45,002 bases of DNA from Lenisia limosa (Eukaryota > Protista > Breviatea). Location: positions 1 to 45,002 of the forward strand of contig LPNZ01006235.1 of the NCBI GenBank assembly GCA_001655205.1, written 5' to 3'. The translations under genes were made by a program, and so were the position numbers. The notes below the pieces were generated by a model that was not told the DNA's origin, did not search any database, and was given only the letters and a program-made list of their open reading frames with translations. Positions 37,288 through 45,002 of this stretch are shown here, in pieces (position 1 is the stretch's first letter; each line of letters starts with the position of its first letter).

Positions 37288-40200
37288 ATGGCTGATGAAG
37301 CAGTAATAGGTTTGGAAAGGGGCATTAAGAAGCGGACCTTTGTTTTCACTAACCATGAAATAGAACACTCCTATTGGGAGGCCCAGTACGAGTATGTTGG
37401 CGCAAAAGATGACGACCTCAACCTTGCCGTCGGAGATGTGGTGACTGTGGTCCAACAGGTGTGAAAGTTTGCTGTATTGGGACCTTGAGGTTTTTTGTTG
37501 TCCGCGGATGACATTTCAATTTTTAACAAGTAGAACGATGATGGGTGGTGGTACGGCTATCTTGGAGAAAAGGAGGGTTACTTCCCCAACAACTACGTGT
37601 TTCCATACGTGGAAAAAAAAGGTAAGGCCAAACATGAGTTTGCTTTACTTGTTCAGAAGAAACCACAGCTGAAACTACCCAAGATACCCCTGCTGTAACC
37701 CCAGCAGCAGGTGAGGCCTCTTTTTATCAATCATTAGTAGTAGTAGTATATCATATTTCATACTAAGGCACACTTGTTAGTATTTTACATTTTCATTATC
37801 AGACCTAATAAATTCAGATCGCAAAATGGATAAAGAAGAAAAGGAGGTTTGTTTGCTCTGTGTTGGACATTCGTATTTCTCACAACTCTAGCAATTGAAA
37901 CGTGAAAGAAGACAAACAATGTCCTTTGAAAAGATGCAAAAGAAGCAGGAAGCAAAGTTTGTCGTCGAGGTGGTACTGTATTCATTGTCCAGGGCGAAGA
38001 AAGAAGAGCAAAGGAGGCAAAAGGCAGAAATGGCAGAAAAGAAAAAACAGGAAAAGGAAGCTGAAAAAAGAAATGAGGTAATTCTAAAGATCCATTCTCA
38101 CAAAACAGCTGCAGAAGAAGCTTGACGAGAGGCCCCCTCTTACCGGTGTTTGGATGCGCGTTTTGTTCCCCCTGGAGCCTGCCAAACCAGAACATCTTTG
38201 GCTGAGGTTTGTTCAAAAAGGCAATCATATAGCCCTTTCAAACATATCACGTTTTTAGCGAAGGAGACCTTTTCGAGCTCTCCGATCCGGTAAGCGTGTT
38301 GGCAGAGCACGATGACCTTAAGAAGGAAGTTTCCTTTTTGTTCACATTTTCGCAGAATGAGACAGAAGGATGGATGGTCGGCTATCGAGCCGGATACGGG
38401 TCCTTTCCTAAGTCCTACTGTGAGGAGTGTGAGGCGCCCTCCGATGATAAGGTGTGCAGGGGGCAAGAGCGTTCAATCCGTTTCTGTCCATTTCACTCGT
38501 CTTAGATTGTGAAACTGCATGCGAAGGATATCAAAGAGCGTAACAAGTGGGAGAAACACTGGAAGAAGCATGACGTGGAGGTGGGTAAAGGACGGGATCT
38601 TTGACACTAATATTTAGGCAATCGAAGAAGCAAATGCCAAAAAGGAGCAACTTGGTAGGTGCAGTAGCATGCCGTCTTTCTAATATATCATATCAACTGC
38701 TGTTTTTTTTTTGTTTATATTTTGTTCACCTTTTAAAGAGAAGGAGAAGATTGAAAAGAAGGAAGAGAAGAAGGCTCAAAGGCAGCGTACAATGACAATG
38801 AGGAAGAATGAAAGTTTGTTCTTGGATAATATGATATTTATATATAAATGAACGTTTCAACAACCAAAAACAAACCCGTTCCAACTGTTCCGTTTAACGG
38901 TTGACTCTTCAGCCGAAAGGGTCCGCCGGCTCCGAAAGGCTGAGAAGGATGCCAAAGAAATGAAAAAGCAGGCTGAAAAGAAAAAAGCCGAGCAGGTATG
39001 TTGAGCTCTTCATTGTGGTTATCTCTCAGGAGCAAGGCGGACTTGGCATGTTGGCTGATGTTCCGGATGTCGAGCCTTTTGCTGACGTTGAGGAAGCCGA
39101 CGAGTACACTGTTAGTCTCTTGGTCTATATTTTATTTATTACGTTTATACCCCAGGAGAACGCTGGAGTCTGGATCCGAGCCCTCATGGACTGGAAGCCG
39201 CGCGAAGATATTGACAAGCACCTTAACCTCAAGTATGCTTGCAATGTGTAAATCAAAACGGATATTTCCAGAATGTGACATTTGATCCTTCAGAACCAAT
39301 GACATTCTTGTTCTGGTGGAGGCGGTTGAAGACGATATGGCCCGCGGATGGAAGGATGGCATGGTCGGACTGTATCCTGCTAACCTGGTCAGTGGTCATG
39401 GCAATAGTTGATTTGAAACTATCATGACAGTGCTATTTGACAGATCTAGACCGAGGAGTACGAACCGACAGAGGAAGAGATCGAAATTTGGGAGACAAAG
39501 TATGCCAAGCAAGCAATATTCTCTTTAATCTACTTCCACTGTTCACCCTAAGAGGATTAGAGAGAGCAGAAAATCTAAAGGGGTTTTTTTCTTACCTTCG
39601 GTTGAAGATATAAACAAGCCCCTTTTGAACTACTTTTTACTCTTTCTTTCAATGACCCCCGTCTTTTGTTCTGACCAGAAGGAATCGGCAGTTTTCGCAC
39701 CTACGCAACTTTGCGCGCCTTACTTGGGCTGACCAACATGCTGAAAAGGTCAAGAAAATTCAGGAAATTGGTGGGTTGAAAGGAAGAGTTTACGCAGTAT
39801 AACGTATCTAGAGGAAAAGCAGAAGGAAGAAGAAGAAAAGAAGCCGAAGGAAGACCAGCCTCCTGAGTCTCTGAGCGTGTTCTCTCCACCCCCTCAGGGT
39901 TAGCGGTTAATTGTTTTAATAGTTCTGTTCCCAGCCCACTTAAGGAAGTATTCTCGCCTTTTTTAGGAGATACAGTATAAAATCGGTCTCTTACCATCCA
40001 GAGCCGTCACCAGCACTCACGGACTATCCGGAATTACCTGAAAGTACTCCATCTATGGAAACGCCAGTTCTCTTCGTCACCAAGGCGATCAAAGATTGGA
40101 CACCCGAGGTAAGAATTTGGAATATTTAAATGTGACACTCTAGGACACTGAGCGATGTCTTGCTGTTGAGAACGAAGACAGTCTGAACATTCTGGTTGAA

Positions 40201-41961
40201 GCCAAAGAAAACGTGGGCTCAGCGTCTTTTTCTCTTGTTCAGAATAGAATTATTTGGCTGTTTTATGCTTCTAGGATGATAGCGTGTTCTGGATATTCGC
40301 TACAAAAGATGGATCCGCAGGTTTGTCATTCCTTCAGTTATCCCTTTCCTTTCATCTTGCCTCCTTCATTTTTTCTTGAGCAATTGCATTTGTTTTTTGT
40401 ACCTTCCAATTTTGTACAATGTGATGGTTGCACCTTGCCTTTGCTTTATTCATTATCAGGCTGGATTCCACGGCACTCTACAGCTGGTCGCCCTGTTACG
40501 ACAACCCCGCAGGTGACTAAAGAGAAGGAGAAAAAGAAGGAAGGAAGGTTCTTCAAACGAGTCACCAAAGGCATTGGGTTCACCAAGTGGGGGGGGGGGG
40601 GGTTTTNNNNNNNNNNNNNNNNNNNNNNNNNNNNNNNNNNNNNNNNNNNNNNNNNNNNNNNNNNNNNNCATTTCAGTGTTTTCAGCTTGTTTACCCATTA
40701 GGAAAGATTCTTCGAAGAAGGGTGGTGCCGCCAAGAAGCACGAGGTACGGTGAGGGGAAGTGGTATTTGTCTTGTATACGTGGAAAGCTTTGTGCTCAGA
40801 GTTATAATGATTGGACATAAGGTTTAGCTTTCACCCTTTTACAAGACTGGGTCAACTGCACAAATCTACCATGATGCTTTCGTTTTAACCCATACAGCTG
40901 TTTGACCTCAACAAAATTGACTTTGATGCCGACATGAACGATGCAATGCGTGACGTTTCCTATGAGGTAAGTGGACTGGTCTGACCGTTGGGCTGTGGAG
41001 CAGGAATTTATCGTTTCTCAAAGTGATTGTCCGCCATATGCCCTTCATTATCTAGGTTGTCAGGGCCTTATTGGACACTCCACCTTCAATGGCACGTCAT
41101 TGTGAAATGGGTGGGCTCCTACCTGGTACTCACTGTTCCAGTCGAAGCAACATGCAGGTCGACAATCTCCATCAACCTCTTCTTGTCAACCAGGGCTTTG
41201 GTGTCGAGTGCCCACTTCAAGGCTATCACTGTAAGAGAGTCATGTTATCCCTTGGCATATATAGCCTTAACATGCTCAGGAAGTGCTCTCGGAGCCAATT
41301 GAATGGACATTTGTTATTCTGCCGAACAATCAAATCTGTCTCACTGTATCATTCGACAAAGGGGCCAAGTCTCTTCGCGTCTCTACGAGGTGTACCGACC
41401 AAGCTGTTGATACTCCAAGTGATACACTCATAGACACCCCCAAAGACACTCCAAACGAGAGTCCAACAGAGTCGCCGGACCTGACAGCTGCGGAGGAAGC
41501 TGAGGCTCTGGCAGCGCTACGGGATATCCAAGACCAGGATGGGAAGAAGAAATCGAAGCAAGAGGAACAGGAAGAGGAAGAAGTGAAAGAGGAAGAAGTG
41601 AAAGAAGAAGAGGAAGAGAAAGAAGAAGTGAAGGAAGAGGAAGAAGAAAGGGAAGAGGAAGCAAAGGATGAAATTCCAAGTTCTGGTAGGTGATTGTTAT
41701 CTTGTCTGATCTATCTCTTACATCCAGCCCCGGCTCTACCGCCGCGTCCCGGANNNNNNNNNNNNNNNNNNNNNNNNNNNNNNNNNNNNNNNNNNNNNNN
41801 NNNNNNNNNNNNNNNNNNNNNNNNNNNNNNNNNNNNNNNNNNNNNNNCAGTCCCCCAGGTATGTCAATTACGGCCGTTGTGGTATTCTCTCAGTTCTCTT
41901 AACTGTTTAGGTGGATGAAGATGAGAAGTGCCCCCCTCCCCCTCCTCGGCCTTCCAAATAA
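37288..41961 (+). CDS. Multi-SH3 adaptor (about four SH3 domains) with charged coiled-coil linkers and an acidic/Pro-rich tail
   Basis: SH3-1: AQYEYVGAKDDDLNLAVGDVV...DDGWWYG...EGYFPNNYV. SH3-2: EGWMVGYRAGYGSFPKSYC. SH3-3: RALMDWKPRE...GMVGLYPAN. SH3-4: KAIKDWTPE...FWIFA...GWIP. Ends in a poly-E/K tract and PPPPPRPSK*. Confidence 0.85.
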
Positions 41962-42160
41962 GGAAAGAGCCAAAATGGTTTATTTAATGTCTAGTGTATT
42001 ACCGTAGTATTTATGATATTATTTGCGAATAATCATGAGCTATCAACACGTTTGATCTCTCAAGTTCTTATATGTATATCTTTACACACACAGTACTAGT
42101 CTAGTTTCAATAAATTAATCAAGAAAACATAAATAATAAAATATAGAATAGACAGAAGGC

Positions 42161-45002
42161 TCATGACTTCGATATGACGGCCAAATAGTTTGAAAAACCA
42201 GAAACACCTGACACAACTGCGGAGGGGTCCTCAAACATGGTTACAATCTTGGTGATTAGAGGTTGCCTAACACAAAAGGAAGAAAGTCCCCCTTACTTGG
42301 CCAATGGTGTTAGATGGCCGGCACCCTCCAGCAGTGGATTTGGACATGAAGCCGAAAACACTCCCTGCCTTGCAGCCTAAAGAAATATTCAGGTTATCAC
42401 AAATGGAACACATAATCCCTTTCAGTATGACCATTCTGAACGGTCTTGAGTGCAGCTGATCAGACAAAGCATCCCCTAAACACGATACCCCACAGACCTT
42501 CGCCTCCATAGAAGTGCCCATCCTCACTCGTCCAAAACCTACACCATGAAGCCTGAAAAGAATAGAATTGAGGAATAGGTACCTTGCGTAGTAAATTGTG
42601 AACTGTAATGAGATGATAAATACTACATGGCCATTAATTGCTCACATTGTCGCCGAACCAGAGTCACATTTACTGTTAATTGCAGCAGTAATGTCCACCT
42701 ATTATAAAGTCAGCAAGGGAAACTTCATAATTACCCCCGCCCTATGCCTCAATAAAAGTAGGACCCTTCAACTCCCCCTCCAACTGGCACACTGTGAACT
42801 CCCATAGAGCCAGGAAGAGCGTCACTCTGACCTGTGCACCCTAGAATCTTGGCCTCATCTATTGCGCATTAGAAGAAATACGAATGGGGTGAACCCACTG
42901 GTCAAGAAAACACAAGATTTCTTGGAGCAGAATACTTGATCGGTGTGCCCATTTAGATCATTTCCGCTGTTGTCATTAGCCTAAAAAGTCAATACTCAAA
43001 GAATTACACGAGTTTCCTAGTAGCTTTACGGAACATGATAGTTCCCATTTCCAACCAGTTCAAAGGTGAGCGTGGTAGCAGAGCGGCAGACTGAGTGAGC
43101 TCCAGCCAGGTAGTTGGTCCTTCCGTAGACCTTTTTCGTTTCTGATTGATTTATAAGGCGACAAATATGTAATAAACCAAGGCAAACCAGTCAAGACAGA
43201 AAGGGCATAATAAGAAAAAGAGATAGATTTAATGACTTCTCCTGCCTAATTCAAGTCAAAACAATGTGAGAAAAATTCATTCGATGCTGGAAGGTAGACA
43301 TGTTCCCACAAAGATTTCACTCAAAATAGTTGTGTTTCCCCTACCACCCACCGGTAAGTCTGAGATAGACACGAGACCTGGAGTGAATTCTACCGCAGTG
43401 GGGTGTATCGTCCGATGTGGATTGAAGCCTCCTGCAAAGATAGACTTGTCGTCTGCAAAATGAAACTGCTGCAAGCAAACAACAAACAGATGCCACAACA
43501 AGCATGCCCTCTAATGTGAAAGTACCTCCTACCAAGTAAAACTGCAGTTGAATGAGTGATTAGCTGAAGGTCAATAGCATACCGCCCGCCTGGGAAAACA
43601 GCCTGAAATGTCAGGACCAAGCAGATACAACAAGAAAAAAAAGCAGACTGATAACCCAACCTTTTTAAGGGTGTTTGATGAAGACATGTCCATTTGGAGT
43701 TTGCAATACGACCCTCCGTAGCCCCACATGTACACATCCCCAGAGGCTAAAAAATAAATTTGAGTTGGACTATCTATTCCTTGCCGAGAATTAAATCCTC
43801 GGCTGACTCACCAGTACGGATGCCGAAGTGACGGTAGCCGGAATCGAACTGAGCAACAGTCTCAGAGGCAGCAAGGGCTGCCCAACTCGGATTCACTGTC
43901 ACTGTCGTTACAATACTGGTTCCCGTGTTGTCAACCTAATATATGAAGTTTTGATTGGTATTGTCCAATACTAATAGTGCTGCTTTGATATTATACAGGA
44001 AGTAGTATCCCCTTCCCACTTGGTTCTGTAGGTTGTAACCCATGCATTTCAGCTCGTTGTCTAGATAGTCAGTCTTCAAGGTCCCATGTGATCACCAAGG
44101 AAAGAAGGTCATCATCATACCTTTAGAAATAGCACAAAGACTCCCTACGGCTCCTGCCACATGAGCCACTTCACCCCAGGAGGTAGATAAGTCGTATTTG
44201 TCGGGGTAGTTCTTGTCAGCTCCAACCTAAACGGTAACTCACCTCCACAAAGTTGCCAATGTGCATTCGTGTATCAGTATTACATTTCAAGCCATCTACA
44301 ATACCACCTGGGNNNNNNNNNNNNNNNNNNNNNNNNNNNNNNNNNNNNNNNNNNNNNNNNNNNNNNNNNNNNNNNNNNNNNNNNNNNNNNNNNNNNNNNN
44401 NNNAAGTGATGTAACACCTATAGTGTCAGCAGGATAAAAATGACATTGCCTGAACACCCCATACTGTTACCGCACACGAAGTCCGTTTGGAACTGCCCGT
44501 CAGCACCACATGTGGCTACTACATTGCCGGATTGTTCGGGTTCACTGCAGGAAAGGGCGCAAATGTCTCCGTAGATGGCTGTACCTGGCGGTATTAATGG
44601 AAAGTGGGGTCTAAGGCAATAATCCATGGATTTTTGATTAGCAAATGCTGCATGTCAAACCTCCAGTGCAATTTGTACTCGTAACCCCAGTTCCGAAGCT
44701 TGAAGTGCTACATGTGACTACATGGAAAGTGACAATTTTTAGTTTCAAATAGTACTGGTTGTAGCTTACCAGGAAGACAGCTTGGAGACTCCTCCCACCC
44801 GGTGAGGACGGAACATGCCACATTTTTTGAAGAGAATGACAGGTAAGAGCCCTCAGGACAAGTGCCCTATGCAAGTCAACAGGTAACCAGCCATTGCTGA
44901 TTATCCCACTTTCATATAATGCACAGTATAGCACCGTTTATGGGTAGAAAGGAGACCCAATTTTATATCTCTCATTATTTTACACATTTTGCCCCCCCCC
45001 CC
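42161..45002 (-). CDS. 5'-truncated protein with Cys-rich CCP/sushi-like modules followed by RCC1-like beta-propeller repeats
   Basis: YGDICALSCSEPEQSGNVVATCGADGQFQTDFVC (CCP-like). SGDVYMWGYGG, HTDQVFCSKKSCVFLT and VSGVSGFSNYLAVISKS* (RCC1-like). The start lies outside the window. Confidence 0.5.

Noticed and set aside
41560-41670. GAAGAG-rich degenerate repeat
   Set aside because: It is a coding low-complexity Glu/Lys tract of the SH3 protein.

Overview
Gene-dense DNA from an intron-rich unicellular eukaryote. It uses the standard code, and most GT-AG introns are about 25-50 nt. About 11 N-gaps mostly follow homopolymer runs. The taxon cannot be fixed; a flagellated holozoan-like protist is plausible but is only inference. 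The ORF track is fragmented by introns, so I spliced gene models by hand and exon edges are approximate. Fourteen genes are supported: a ~10.4 kb minus-strand receptor gene, SAR1, a secreted beta-sandwich repeat protein, a USP16/45-like deubiquitinase, a TEX47/DYBLUF/MOT7-like BLUF-fold protein, a secreted fibrinogen-like (YCD-motif) protein, a BTB-BACK-WD40 protein, a TMEM185-like membrane protein, a SMAP-like ArfGAP, PA28/PSME3, IES6/INO80C, an orphan, a four-SH3 adaptor and a partial Cys-rich/RCC1-like protein. A defective Tc1 transposon and a MITE each sit inside an intron. The most unusual object is the 10 kb gene. It joins a GCC2/GCC3 Cys-rich ectodomain and a multi-TM region to a degenerate fungal/trypanosome-type cyclase domain. 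That is followed by a complete but degenerate animal-type TM-C1-TM-C2 cyclase module, giving three pseudo-cyclase domains. All homology calls are motif recognition from memory, not database searches.
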